A DNA stretch of 64,000 bases from NCBI GenBank assembly GCA_030917925.1, contig JAUPTV010000232.1, positions 7,082-71,081 of the forward strand, read 5' to 3'. Of the stretch, positions 29,026 to 39,447 are shown piece by piece (the first letter of the stretch is position 1; each line of letters begins with the position of its first letter). The stretch comes from Pseudomonadota bacterium (GTDB lineage Bacteria > Pseudomonadota > Gammaproteobacteria > Competibacterales > Competibacteraceae). A program made the translations under genes and the position numbers. The notes beneath the pieces were generated by a model that did not search any database, had not been told where the DNA came from, and worked only from the letters and a program-made list of their open reading frames with translations.

Positions 29026-31857
29026 ATGCGCATAGCGCCCTGCCAGCATCTGTATCAGGATCTGCAAACCTTCATCCCGGCGCAACGCCTGATCAGCGAT
29101 CCCCTGCGCACACTCGCTTACGGGACTGACGCCAGTCTGTACCGACTGATTCCGCAACTGGTGGTGCGCGTGGAGAACGAAGCGGAGATGCAGCGTATTC
29201 TGGCGCTGGCTCATCAGCATGGAACGCCGGTGACGTTCCGCGCCGCCGGCACCAGCCTATCCGGGCAGGCGGTCAGCGATTCGGTAATTTTGCAACTGGG
29301 CGATGGCTGGCGCGGCTGGCGAATTGGCGAGGGCGCGGCGACCATCAGTCTGCAACCTGCCGTCATCGGCAGCCACGCCAACCGCTATCTCGCGCCCTAC
29401 CAGCGCAAGATCGGCCCGGACCCGGCGTCGATCAACGCTTGCTGGATCGGAGGCATCGCCGCCAACAACGCCAGCGGGATGTGCTGCGGTACGGCGCAGA
29501 ACAGTTATCGGACCCTGAAAAGCCTGCGGGTGATGCTGGCCGATGGCGCGGTGCTGGATACCGGCGATTCCGCCAGCCGCAAAGCCTTCGCCGCCAGCCA
29601 TGCCCCCCTGCTGAACCGGTTGGCCGAACTGGGGCAACGTACTCGGGCTGACGTGGCTCTGGCGGAACGGATTCGCACCAAATTCAAAATCAAGAACACC
29701 TGCGGCTACAGCATCAACGCCCTGGTCGATTACGACGACCCCTTTGAAATTCTGCAACATCTAATGATCGGTTCCGAAGGGACACTGGGCTTTATCGCGG
29801 AAATTACCTATTACACGGTCGAAGAACATACCCATAAAGCCACGGCGCTGATGATCTTCCCGGACATTGAAACCGCTTGTATTGCAGTAGCCGCGCTGAA
29901 AAGCCAGCCGGTCGCGGCGGTGGAATTGATGGATCGGGCATCGCTGCGTTCCGTGGAAAACAAGACGGGCATTCCCGATTACTTCAAAACCCTGCCAGAA
30001 ACGGCGGCCGCGCTACTGGTGGAAACTCGCGCCATGGATCCGGCAACGTTGCAAACCCAGGTGGCCACGGTCACTGACGCCATTGCCGCCCTGCCCACCT
30101 TGTTCCCCCCGCAATTCACTGATCAAGCCGAAGCATTCAATCAACTCTGGGCGATCCGCAAAGGGCTGTTTCCCTCAGTCGGTTCCGCACGCGCCACCGG
30201 CACGACCGTGATCATTGAAGATGTCGCCGTCCCAGTGCCGCAACTGGCGACGATGACCCTGGATTTGCAGGAACTATTCAATCGGCATGGTTACGCCGGT
30301 TCGATCATTTTCGGCCATGCGCTGGAAGGCAATCTGCACTTCGTCATCACCCCGAACTTTAGCCAGCCCGGCGAAACGGAACGCTATCAGCGGTTCATGG
30401 ACGACGTGTGCCGGATGATCGTTGAAAAATATGACGGTTCGCTGAAAGCCGAACATGGCACGGGCCGCAATATCGCGCCCTTTGTCGAACTGGAATGGGG
30501 ACAGCAGGCTTATCAACTGATGCGGGACATCAAGGCACTGTTCGATCCGCACAATTTGCTCAATCCCGGCGTCATTCTCAACGACGACCCGGAAGTGCAT
30601 ATCAAAAACATCAAGCCGATGGCGGCGGTCGATCCGCTGATCGACAAATGCATTGAATGCGGGTTCTGCGAACCGAACTGTCCCTCCCGCGCCCTGACGC
30701 TATCACCCCGTCAACGGATCGTCGGTCTGCGGGAACAGGCGCGGTTGCGGGCTTCAGGTGAGGATGTGGAGTTGTTGAAGACGCTGAGCGCCGCCTACGC
30801 CTATCAGGGCGTCGAAACCTGCGCCAGCGACGGCCTCTGTGCGCTGGCCTGTCCGGTCGGCATTAACACCGGGACGATGATGCTGAAACAGCGCGAACAA
30901 GGCCGGGGGGGACTGGCGCGCACCATTGGCAACCAGGCAGCAGACTATTTCGCTGGCGTGACCACCGCGACCCGGTTCGGCCTGAGCGCCGCTGATCTGG
31001 CGCACCGGGTTTTCGGCAAAACCCTGTTAGGAGGCATGGCCAGCCTCGCCCGCAAACTGTCCGGTCAACGACTTCCCGCCTGGCATCCCTGGTTGCCAAC
31101 CGCCAGCGCCCTGCCGAAGTTGGGAACGCCTGCCCCTGATCGTCCTCGCGTGGTTTACTTCCCCAGTTGCGCCAGCCGCACCATGGGACCGGCCCGCGAT
31201 GATTCGGAACGGGACGCCTTGCCGGTAAAAACGGTCGCATTGTTACAAAAGGCCGGCTTTGAAGTCGTTATGCCCGACCACATTTCAGCACTCTGCTGCG
31301 GTCAACCGTTCGCCAGTAAGGGCCTGCCGGAACAAGCCAACGCCAAACAACAGGAACTGGAACAGGCGCTGCTGGCCGCCAGTCGAAATGGCCAGGATCC
31401 GATTGTGTTCGACACCAGCCCTTGCGCCTTCCGGGTCAAACCGGCTCAGGAATCTCCCCGCTTGCAGGTCTACGACATCACCGAATTTATCCATGACGTA
31501 CTGCTAGATCGGCTGACCCTGCGCCAATTGCCGGAAACCGTGGCGCTGCACTGCACTTGCAGCACCATCAAAATGGGTTTGCAGGCCAAGCTCCAGGCCA
31601 TTGCCGAAGCCTGCGCCGAGCGGGTCATCATCCCCGACTCCATCGCCTGCTGCGGCTGGGCTGGCGACAAAGGGTTCACGCACCCGGAATTGAACGCCAG
31701 CGCCCTGCGCGATTTACGGGCGGCGCTACCGGATGATTGCCAGTCCGGCTACTCCACCAGTCGCACCTGCGAAATCGGGCTGTCGCTGCATGGCGAACGC
31801 CCCTACCGCTCCATCGTCTATCTGGTGGATCGCTGTTCACAAGCCCATGTCGGCTGA
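29026..31857 (+). CDS. FAD-binding + 4Fe-4S + CCG-domain oxidoreductase (Fe-S D-lactate dehydrogenase / YdiJ-like)
   Basis: 943 aa with an FAD-linked oxidase N-terminus (RAAGTSLSGQA). It has two ferredoxin motifs (CIECGFCEPNCP and CASDGLCALACP) and C-terminal cysteine-rich CCG repeats. Confidence 0.8.
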   Translation: MRIAPCQHLYQDLQTFIPAQRLISDPLRTLAYGTDASLYRLIPQLVVRVENEAEMQRILALAHQHGTPVTFRAAGTSLSGQAVSDSVILQLGDGWRGWRIGEGAATISLQPAVIGSHANRYLAPYQRKIGPDPASINACWIGGIAANNASGMCCGTAQNSYRTLKSLRVMLADGAVLDTGDSASRKAFAASHAPLLNRLAELGQRTRADVALAERIRTKFKIKNTCGYSINALVDYDDPFEILQHLMIGSEGTLGFIAEITYYTVEEHTHKATALMIFPDIETACIAVAALKSQPVAAVELMDRASLRSVENKTGIPDYFKTLPETAAALLVETRAMDPATLQTQVATVTDAIAALPTLFPPQFTDQAEAFNQLWAIRKGLFPSVGSARATGTTVIIEDVAVPVPQLATMTLDLQELFNRHGYAGSIIFGHALEGNLHFVITPNFSQPGETERYQRFMDDVCRMIVEKYDGSLKAEHGTGRNIAPFVELEWGQQAYQLMRDIKALFDPHNLLNPGVILNDDPEVHIKNIKPMAAVDPLIDKCIECGFCEPNCPSRALTLSPRQRIVGLREQARLRASGEDVELLKTLSAAYAYQGVETCASDGLCALACPVGINTGTMMLKQREQGRGGLARTIGNQAADYFAGVTTATRFGLSAADLAHRVFGKTLLGGMASLARKLSGQRLPAWHPWLPTASALPKLGTPAPDRPRVVYFPSCASRTMGPARDDSERDALPVKTVALLQKAGFEVVMPDHISALCCGQPFASKGLPEQANAKQQELEQALLAASRNGQDPIVFDTSPCAFRVKPAQESPRLQVYDITEFIHDVLLDRLTLRQLPETVALHCTCSTIKMGLQAKLQAIAEACAERVIIPDSIACCGWAGDKGFTHPELNASALRDLRAALPDDCQSGYSTSRTCEIGLSLHGERPYRSIVYLVDRCSQAHVG

Positions 31858-31876
31858 TCGCTTAGCCCCCTCACCT

Positions 31877-32512
31877 TCAAAGCAACTGTCGAACCGGAAC
31901 ACCAGCCCCGGCGGTGACTGTTTCGACTTGCATAATCGCCTTGTGCAGCGTCTGATCGGCCCGGACGGGACCGAGGCTTTCACACAGGGCGACATAGGCC
32001 AGGTTGATCAATTGGGTGAGCACGGGTTTGGCGATGGGTATAGCAATCGCTTGCCCCCGATTGAGCCAGTCGCGCAGGGCGTTCTGAACCGGTTCGGGTT
32101 GACGCAGGTGAGTCAGGTGGGTCAGCAGGTATTGGCGCAGGGCTTCGCCGTCAGCTCTGGGCAGACTGTGGATCAGCGTATCCAGTAACAAGACGCAAAC
32201 TTTTACCGCGTCATTATTCGGAGCAGGCAGGAGAACGGGAGGGGAAGTTGCCGATGTCCTGGAGTCGGGGGCGGGGGCGGAAACTGGCTGGTTGTTCAGG
32301 GCGCGGATCAGGCTTTGCAGCATCAGGATCCGCGCACGCGGCAGGGTCAAGGTCAGGCTGTCGCACAGTTCGCTGGTGAAGCCTTGCAGGGCGAACGTGG
32401 GTTCCTGCGCATACCGGGCTTCCCATATTTGCAGGGCGTAAGCCAGGGAGTCGCCACTGAGAAAGGGTGTCAGGCCCGCTTCAATGGCCATTTTCTTCTG
32501 CTCGAATTCCAT
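31877..32512 (-). CDS. hypothetical protein, apparently co-transcribed downstream of amtB
   Basis: 211-aa ORF starting 15 nt after the amtB stop. No recognisable motif. Confidence 0.4.
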   Translation of the reverse strand: MEFEQKKMAIEAGLTPFLSGDSLAYALQIWEARYAQEPTFALQGFTSELCDSLTLTLPRARILMLQSLIRALNNQPVSAPAPDSRTSATSPPVLLPAPNNDAVKVCVLLLDTLIHSLPRADGEALRQYLLTHLTHLRQPEPVQNALRDWLNRGQAIAIPIAKPVLTQLINLAYVALCESLGPVRADQTLHKAIMQVETVTAGAGVPVRQLL

Positions 32513-32526
32513 AATGATCAGGGGAT

Positions 32527-33846
32527 CTAACGGTGTAATCCTTCCGGATTGAACGTTTGCGGCTGCTGGAATTCAGGATAGCCAATTTCCGCGTGTTCGG
32601 TAAAATCCAGCCCCCGCTGTTCGTGCAGGGTGGTGGAGCGGATGCCGATGGTGCTGGCAATCAGCAGATAGGTCAGCCAGGCGGTCCCTAATGCCCAGAC
32701 CAGAGCAGCGAGAATACCTATAACCTGCACCGCGATCCGGTTGGGGTTGAACAGGTCGCCGCTGTAGAACAGACCCGCCGCCAGAGTGCCCCAGGAGCCA
32801 CAGAATGCATGAACGGAAACAGCGTCCACGACATCATCCCAGTTCATTTTAGCCAGCAACGTCGGTCCCACCGTCGCGATGACGCCCGCCACGATTCCCG
32901 TGAGAAGGGCATAGCCGGGTTCCATGGTGGCGCAACCGGCCGTGACCGACACCAGTCCGCCAATACTGGCGTTCACGGTCACGGTCAGCAGCACTGGCCG
33001 GTTCATCGCGACGCTGAACAACGCGGACCCCACCGCGCCAGCGCAAGCGCCGAGATGGGTATTGATCAGAATTTTGCCGATGGTTCCATCAGCCGCCAGC
33101 GTCGAACCGCCGTTGAAACCGAACCAGCCGAACCAGAGGATGAAACCGCCCAGCGCCACCAGGCTCAGATTATGGCCAGGCATCGAGCGCGATTCGCCGC
33201 GTGGACCAAACCGGCCCAAGCGCGGCCCCACAATGATGATGCCAGCCAGCGCACACCAGCCGCCAATCGAATGCACCACGGTCGAACCGGCAAAATCAAT
33301 AAAGCCCAGCGCCTTGAGCCAGCCGTCGCCGCCGCCATACCCCCCCCAGGCCCAACTGCCGAAGACGGGATAAATCAGCCCGGAGATCACACAGGCACCA
33401 ATCAGATAGGCGTGAAAATGAATGCGCTCGGCCATGGCCCCGGACGCAATGGTGGTTGCGGTCGCCGCGAACATCATCTGGAAGAACAGAAAAGTCCAGT
33501 CCCAGGAAGTCCCGCTGTTCAATGCGAAATGGCTGGTGCCAAACCAGCCCGTCGCGTTATGGCCGAACATCAGTCCAAATCCAATCAGCCAGAAAAGGAG
33601 ACTGCCCACACAGACGTCCAGGTAATTTTTCATGAGGACGTTGACGGCGTTTTTGCTACGCGCCATACCGCCTTCCAACAAGGCAAAACCCGCTTGCATG
33701 AAAAACACCAGCGCGGCGCTGGTCGCCACCCAAACGGTATTGATCGCCGCGGGCGTGACCTCTTCGCCAGCCAGCGCAGCGGGACTGATCAACGCCAGCG
33801 CCAGCAGGGGCAATAATGGCCAGCAACTGAAGGGCCAGGACGCCAT
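32527..33846 (-). CDS. amtB: ammonium transporter
   Basis: 439 aa, polytopic, with the Amt signature DFAGSTVVHSIGGWCALAG. A signal-like N-terminus and RBS AAGGAGAGAG are present. Confidence 0.92.
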   Translation of the reverse strand: MASWPFSCWPLLPLLALALISPAALAGEEVTPAAINTVWVATSAALVFFMQAGFALLEGGMARSKNAVNVLMKNYLDVCVGSLLFWLIGFGLMFGHNATGWFGTSHFALNSGTSWDWTFLFFQMMFAATATTIASGAMAERIHFHAYLIGACVISGLIYPVFGSWAWGGYGGGDGWLKALGFIDFAGSTVVHSIGGWCALAGIIIVGPRLGRFGPRGESRSMPGHNLSLVALGGFILWFGWFGFNGGSTLAADGTIGKILINTHLGACAGAVGSALFSVAMNRPVLLTVTVNASIGGLVSVTAGCATMEPGYALLTGIVAGVIATVGPTLLAKMNWDDVVDAVSVHAFCGSWGTLAAGLFYSGDLFNPNRIAVQVIGILAALVWALGTAWLTYLLIASTIGIRSTTLHEQRGLDFTEHAEIGYPEFQQPQTFNPEGLHR

Positions 33847-33884
33847 AAGCTCTCTCTCCTTAATGTGCAGTGATCGCTGTCATC

Positions 33885-33900
33885 AGCAAGGTTCGAGCCA
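33885..33900 (-). promoter_or_regulatory. sigma-54 (-24/-12)-like promoter of amtB
   Basis: The minus strand reads TGGCTC-GAACC-TTGCT, against the consensus TGGCAC-N5-TTGCW. It lies about 40-55 nt upstream of the amtB ATG. NtrC/sigma-54 control of amtB is well established. Confidence 0.5.
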
Positions 33901-34165
33901 GAATATTCACTGGGAGCCTGGAAAGAGAAATAAGCGCCTGACATCATGGGCCAGGGTGGCGCAGCGGGAACGTCGTTGACACGCTTCCTGGAAATCGCAG
34001 GCGGTGATCAGCGCCAGGAAGGTGCAAGTGATTGGGTATTGCCTTATTCCGGGGCAACCGCCATGTTGGGCGTGAGGGAAAAGGCTGGATGGCGAGCAGT
34101 GAGTGATTTTGGCAAACCGCAAACGCGACCCGGTAAGTGGCCGCGTCATACCGCATGATCAGGCG

Positions 34166-34534
34166 TCAGCGGTGCGGATATAGCGTTTCCAGCGCTTCAG
34201 GTTCGACCCGGATAACTTCAATATCGCCCTTGCGGGTGAAATTCCAGCCGTGCGCGTGCTGCGTCCCGAAAATGGCGTAGGACAGAATGGAATAGCCGTG
34301 CAGACCAATGCGATCCGCTACTTTCATGGTACTGCTTGCCCGGTCAAGCGCTTTGCTTTCAATGCTGTTCCCGTTCATGGCTATCCCCTTGAGTCGTGGA
34401 TCTTGAATGTTGTTCAAGCAGTTAATTGAATTATCGGCAGCGTCCGCCCAGGCTATAGACCCTGATCGAAACATCGCTGCCGACCGGCGGTGTTTGACTG
34501 GAAATTTAAAGCAATATTTAGGCCATAATCTCAC
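34166..34534 (-). CDS. hypothetical small protein
   Basis: The GTG at 34534 overlaps the Sel1 gene stop (GTGA). An alternative ATG at 34378 with AAGGGGA SD gives 70 aa. No motif recognised. Confidence 0.35.
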   Translation of the reverse strand: MRLWPKYCFKFPVKHRRSAAMFRSGSIAWADAADNSINCLNNIQDPRLKGIAMNGNSIESKALDRASSTMKVADRIGLHGYSILSYAIFGTQHAHGWNFTRKGDIEVIRVEPEALETLYPHR

Positions 34535-35055
34535 TGACTACCAATCTGGGGTTCGATGGGCGGTTGTGGCGGGACCGTGAATTGATGCGTCGCCAGCCAG
34601 TCCTTGACTTTCTTTTCCGCTTCGGCCACTTGCGCCGGGGTCATCTTCTCCGCGATCTCCTGCCTGGCCTGTGGCCCCTGGCTATCGCCCTGACTCTCCG
34701 CCATGGCGTACCAGAAATACGCCTGGATCGGGTCTACCGGCCCACCTTCACCTTCCTCGTACATAATGCCGAGATTGATTTGCGCCTGCGGTAAGCCCTG
34801 TTCAGCCGCCTTGCGATACCACTCCAGCGCCTGACGATCATCCATCGGTACGCCATGCCCCTGGTCATACAGCACACCCAGATTAAATTGAGCGAAGGCA
34901 AAACCCTGTTCCGCCAGTGGCCGGACAATCGCCAGTTCCGCCGAGTAATCCCCCCGTTCATGGGCCGTTCTGGCCTGATCCCATTCGCCTTCGGCCCACA
35001 CTGGCCCGGCGCACAGCAGAGTGCTAGTCAGCAATAACCATATCGGTTTGTTCAT
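34531..35055 (-). CDS. secreted Sel1-like repeat (SLR/TPR) protein
   Basis: 174 aa with a signal peptide MNKPIWLLLTSTLLCAGPVWA. The repeats AEQGFAFAQFNLGVLYDQGHGVPMDDRQALEWYRKAAEQGLPQAQINLGIMYEEGEG are classic Sel1. Confidence 0.85.
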   Translation of the reverse strand: MNKPIWLLLTSTLLCAGPVWAEGEWDQARTAHERGDYSAELAIVRPLAEQGFAFAQFNLGVLYDQGHGVPMDDRQALEWYRKAAEQGLPQAQINLGIMYEEGEGGPVDPIQAYFWYAMAESQGDSQGPQARQEIAEKMTPAQVAEAEKKVKDWLATHQFTVPPQPPIEPQIGSQ

Positions 35056-35125
35056 GAAAAATGCTCACAGGTTCAACAAACTGGATCGCAACGGCTTTTC
35101 TTGATAAATGAAACGGGCAACGGCG

Positions 35126-35359
35126 TCAGGCCCAGCGCAAATCGTCGTTATTGTTCCAGGCGCGAGCCAGGGAGGCCCACCCCGCCATCCAGGCGTGGTA
35201 GAGATGGCTATTGGGGACGTAAGGATTGCGATCCTCGCCCCGACTGGCGGCTTCAACGCCTTGCCGAAAGGCTTGGCGCAGAAGCGGGGCCAGTTTTCTG
35301 GAAACATCGATAGCACTGCGCATAAGCCGAATTCGTGAACCGGGCCGGATTGCGGCCAT
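35126..35359 (-). CDS. Rmf/CrpP-fold family small protein (ribosome modulation factor-like)
   Basis: It lies within spurious track ORF 35126-35677. LRQAFRQGVEAASRGEDRNPYVPNSHLYHAWMAGWAS resembles the RMF/CrpP pattern (AF.RG..A..G....PY......W..GW). The start may be ATG 35359 or 35323, and there is no clear SD. Confidence 0.4.
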   Translation of the reverse strand: MAAIRPGSRIRLMRSAIDVSRKLAPLLRQAFRQGVEAASRGEDRNPYVPNSHLYHAWMAGWASLARAWNNNDDLRWA

Positions 35360-35393
35360 TGCAAAGAACGATGTTGTGTATTTGACAGCATTT

Positions 35394-37079
35394 TTATTTA
35401 TTTTGCAACTTTGTTGCGTTGACACCCTCTGCTTGCAACCGGTACAGGCTGGCGTAGAGGCCGTTCCGGGCCAGTAATTCGGCATGATGACCGATTTCCG
35501 CGATCCGCCCCCGGTCGAGAACCACGATGCGATCCGCATTTTCAATCGTGGATAAGCGATGGGCGATAACAAAGGCGGTGCGGCCCTGGCGGAGGGTATC
35601 CAGCGCCTGCTGGACTTTGCGTTCGGACTGGGTATCGAGCGCCGAGGTCGCCTCATCGAGAATGAGAATCGGCGCATTTTTCAACAGCGCACGGGCTATC
35701 GCGATGCGTTGGCGCTGGCCACCGGATAACCGTGCGCCATTTTCCCCGATCAGCGTCTGCAAGCCCTGGGGCAGTTCACGGATAAAATCCATGGCTTGGG
35801 CATGTTCGGCAGCCTGGATAATCTCGGCTTCACTGGCCGGAACGCCGGAACCATAGGCGATGTTAGCGGCAACCGTGTCGTTAAACAGGACGATGTCCTG
35901 ACTGACGTAGGCGATGTTGGCACGCAGGTCGGCCAGTCGCAGGTCGCGAACCGGGACGCCATCCAGCAGAATATCGCCGGACAGGGGTTCGTAGAAACGC
36001 GGCAGCAGCGCCATGAGCGTGGTCTTGCCGCTGCCGGAGGGGCCGACCAGGGCGATGGTTTCCCCCGGACGCACCTCAAGGCTGAGATCCTGGATGACTT
36101 CAGCACTGTCGTTCTGGTAACGATGGCTGAGGTTCTGAAACCGGACTTCGCCACGGGCACGGCCCAGAGTTCGGGTTCCCTCATCACGTTCCGGGGGTTC
36201 GTCCAGCAGCGCGAAAATGGTTTCCGCTCCGGCCAGACCGCGTTGTAATTGCTCGTTAATCTTGGTCAGGCGCTTGATCGGCGACAGCAGCATGGCCATG
36301 GCACCGAACAGGGAGACGAAACCGCCGACGGTGATCTGGTCGGCGGCGGATTGCAGGGAAGCGAAATAGATCACAGCCCCCAGCGCGAGAACGGCCAACA
36401 GTTGCACCAGTGGACCACTGGCTTCGGCGGCAGCGACCAGTTTCATATTGAACTGGCGAACCCGGTTATTGACGTGGTGAAAGCGCTCCCGCTCGTAGTC
36501 CTGGCCACCGAAAATCTTGATGACTTTGTGACCCTGCAACACTTCATCGACGACGTGGGTAAAGTCGCCCATCAACTCCTGCAAATTCCGGCTGAGTCGC
36601 CGCAAGCGCCGACTGACCGCCCGCACAATCAAGGCCACGCCGGGGACAATCAGCAACGCCATCAGGGACAATTTCCAGTTGAGATAGAGCATCCAGCCCA
36701 GCAGGCCGATGACCGACAAACCATCTTTGACCAGCACGATCAACGCCTCGGTGGTGGCGTTCATGACCTGCGTGACATCATAGGTCAGGCGGGACAACAA
36801 ATGACCAGCCGAGTGGTCGTCAAAATAGCGGGTAGGCAGGGTCAGCAGCTTGTTAAACAGGGCCTTGCGCAGGTCCATGACGACTCGGTGGGCAATCCAG
36901 CTCATCGCCACTGAACCGATAAAGCCGGCGATGCCACGAACGATAAACACCGTGACCAGCAGAATGGGCATCAAGCGAATGGAATGCGGATCTTTTTCGA
37001 CAAAACTGCCGTCCAGCAGGGGCCGAATCAGCGCCGGAATCATCGGTTCGGTCGCGGCGGCGGCAGCAGTGGCCAGCAT
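35394..37079 (-). CDS. msbA: lipid A export ABC transporter permease/ATPase MsbA
   Basis: It carries Walker A GPSGSGKTT, signature LSGGQRQRIAIARA and Walker B ILILDEATSALD, plus 6-TM ABC exporter fold motifs. The conserved N-terminus continues upstream of the first ATG (see finding). Confidence 0.9.
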   Translation of the reverse strand: MLATAAAAATEPMIPALIRPLLDGSFVEKDPHSIRLMPILLVTVFIVRGIAGFIGSVAMSWIAHRVVMDLRKALFNKLLTLPTRYFDDHSAGHLLSRLTYDVTQVMNATTEALIVLVKDGLSVIGLLGWMLYLNWKLSLMALLIVPGVALIVRAVSRRLRRLSRNLQELMGDFTHVVDEVLQGHKVIKIFGGQDYERERFHHVNNRVRQFNMKLVAAAEASGPLVQLLAVLALGAVIYFASLQSAADQITVGGFVSLFGAMAMLLSPIKRLTKINEQLQRGLAGAETIFALLDEPPERDEGTRTLGRARGEVRFQNLSHRYQNDSAEVIQDLSLEVRPGETIALVGPSGSGKTTLMALLPRFYEPLSGDILLDGVPVRDLRLADLRANIAYVSQDIVLFNDTVAANIAYGSGVPASEAEIIQAAEHAQAMDFIRELPQGLQTLIGENGARLSGGQRQRIAIARALLKNAPILILDEATSALDTQSERKVQQALDTLRQGRTAFVIAHRLSTIENADRIVVLDRGRIAEIGHHAELLARNGLYASLYRLQAEGVNATKLQNK

Positions 37080-37212
37080 CGACAGGATGAAGATGCGGGT
37101 ATAGGGCCGGACGTAGTTCAGCAGCCGGAAATAGAGGTCTTTACTGTTCAGAATAGCCAGGCTCTAGGGAATGGGATGGCAGCAGCGTTTGCCTTATCAT
37201 CCTGACAATTAT

Positions 37213-37239
37213 AAAAAAGCCGGCTTGCGCCGGCTTTTT
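37213..37239. terminator. bidirectional Rho-independent terminator
   Basis: The sequence is AAAAAAGCCGGC-TTGC-GCCGGCTTTTT, with stem 37219-37224 / 37229-37234. It sits directly downstream of the pckG stop on the minus strand. Confidence 0.75.
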
Positions 37240-37291
37240 GTTTAACAACGCACTAAAACGTGGCTTTTATTTCTCCACGTCCGCTCAGACT

Positions 37292-39142
37292 TCAAGCCGC
37301 TTCAGCAACCTTCCAGACTTCCGGCGCTTTCTCAGCGCGTTGGCCGAACGCCTGACGTTGCGCTTCGAGTTCCGGCGGCAAGGTCTGACCAAACTTGGCG
37401 AAGAACTCCTTGATCTCATTGATCTCGCTGAGTGCTTCTGCACGGCTGATGCTGGTAATCGTTTCAAATTGCTCCTTGGAGAAATCCAGGCCATCCAGAT
37501 CCAGATCTTCGTAACGGGGCATCAACCCAAACGAGCTTTCCACCGCGCCGACCTGACCGTTGACGCGCTCGACGATCCACTTCAGAACCCGCATGTTCTG
37601 ACCATAGCCCGGCCAGACAAACTTGCCATCCGCGCCTTTGCGGAACCAGTTGGTCCGGAAGACCATGGGCAGCTTCAGGCCGGACTTCTTGCCCATATTG
37701 ATCCAGTGGCCCCAATAAGCGGCCATGTTGTAGCCACAGAAGGGCAGCATGGCAAACGGATCACGGCGAATGCCGGTGACGCCAATCGCAGCAGCGGTGG
37801 CTTCTGAACCCATGGTCGCGGCCATGAATACGCCGTGGTTCCAATCAAACGCCTGATAGACCAGCGGGAAGGTCTTGGACAGCCGACCGCCGAAGATGAA
37901 GGCCGAAATTGGCACGCCCGCAGGATCTTCCCAAGCCGGGTCAATCGTCGGGCACTGCCCGGCAGGCGCGGTAAAGCGGGAATTGGCGTGTGCGCCGACC
38001 CGCCCACAATCCGGCGTCCAGTCATTACCCTGCCAGTCAATACCATGCGCCGGCGGCTCGACGCCCATGCCTTCCCACCACACATCACCGTCATCGGTCA
38101 GCACCACATTGGTGAAGATCGAGTTGGTTTTGCAGGATTCCATCGCCATCGGGTTGGAATCGTAGGAAGTGCCAGGGGCGACGCCGAAGAAACCGGCTTC
38201 CGGGTTAATGGCGCGCAACGTGCCATCCGCTGTCGGCTTGATCCAGGCGATGTCATCGCCAACCGTCAGCGCTTTCCAGTTGCCAAAGCCCTTGGGCGGA
38301 ACGATCATGGCCAGATTGGTCTTGCCGCATGCGCTGGGGAAAGCTGCCGCGACATAGGTCTTCTCACCCTTGGGCGATTCGAGACCGAGAATCAGCATGT
38401 GTTCGGCCAGCCAGCCTTCGTCGCGGGCCATCGCCGAGGCAATGCGCAACGCCAGGCACTTCTTGCCGAGCAGTGCGTTGCCGCCGTAGCCTGATCCATA
38501 AGACCAGATCTCGCGGGTTTCAGGGAAGTGGACAATGGCTTTGCGGCCAATATCCGGCTCGCACGGCCAGGGGACATCCTGCTGACCGGGGGCCAGCGGC
38601 GCACCAACGGAATGCACGCATGGCACAAAGAAGCCATCACCCAGCGAATCCAGCACCTTCTGACCCATGCGGGTCATGATCCGCATGTTGGTCACCACAT
38701 AAGCCGAGTCGGTAATCTCGATGCCGATTTGAGAAATCGGGCTGCCAATCGGCCCCATGCTGAAGGGGATGACGTACATGGTGCGGCCGCGCATACAGCC
38801 GTTCATCAACTCTTTCAACTGGGCGCGCATTTCATCGGGTGGTGCCCAGTTGTTAGTGGGACCGGCATCATCTTTCGAAAGTGAGCAGATAAAGGTGCGA
38901 TCTTCAACCCGCGCCACATCGGACGGATGAGACCGGGCGAGGAAGGAATTGGGCCGCTTCTCCGGGTTCAGCCGCGTAAACGTCCCGGAAGCGACCATTT
39001 CATTACACAGGCGTTGATCTTCTTCTTCTGAACCGTCGACCCAGCAAATGCTATCTGGCTGGGTCAGGGCAGCGATCTCATCGACCCAACTCAACAGTTT
39101 GGCGTTGCTGGTCCGATTTTTGCCATCATGAGCGATTGCCAT
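37292..39142 (-). CDS. pckG: phosphoenolpyruvate carboxykinase (GTP)
   Basis: The ATG at 39142 is preceded by GGAGAG. The kinase-1a loop is [12 protein letters not shown]. About 616 aa, typical of GTP-PEPCK. Confidence 0.92.
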   Translation of the reverse strand: MAIAHDGKNRTSNAKLLSWVDEIAALTQPDSICWVDGSEEEDQRLCNEMVASGTFTRLNPEKRPNSFLARSHPSDVARVEDRTFICSLSKDDAGPTNNWAPPDEMRAQLKELMNGCMRGRTMYVIPFSMGPIGSPISQIGIEITDSAYVVTNMRIMTRMGQKVLDSLGDGFFVPCVHSVGAPLAPGQQDVPWPCEPDIGRKAIVHFPETREIWSYGSGYGGNALLGKKCLALRIASAMARDEGWLAEHMLILGLESPKGEKTYVAAAFPSACGKTNLAMIVPPKGFGNWKALTVGDDIAWIKPTADGTLRAINPEAGFFGVAPGTSYDSNPMAMESCKTNSIFTNVVLTDDGDVWWEGMGVEPPAHGIDWQGNDWTPDCGRVGAHANSRFTAPAGQCPTIDPAWEDPAGVPISAFIFGGRLSKTFPLVYQAFDWNHGVFMAATMGSEATAAAIGVTGIRRDPFAMLPFCGYNMAAYWGHWINMGKKSGLKLPMVFRTNWFRKGADGKFVWPGYGQNMRVLKWIVERVNGQVGAVESSFGLMPRYEDLDLDGLDFSKEQFETITSISRAEALSEINEIKEFFAKFGQTLPPELEAQRQAFGQRAEKAPEVWKVAEAA

Positions 39143-39447
39143 CTTGGAGACTCTCCTCTGGTTTATGAACTGCAATGGGGGGTGAAGAGTCGCTGAACGG
39201 GGGTTAGCAAGCCGCCGTTCGCGTTGGATCTTGACCCGGCCCGACCCATGCCGGGGCCGGTTTCACTATGGGGTGTAAGGTTAGCATTAAAGCAGGTCGG
39301 GTTGCTACCGGGTTGATTAAGGATTGGGCCAGAAGCGGTCTTAACGCTCACTGATGAGTGACGGGTTATCCGATCCAACGGTTCCATGTAGACTCTTTAG
39401 CCGCACTTTGAAAATTAACAAACCCCTTTCGATTGGAGATCCCACTG

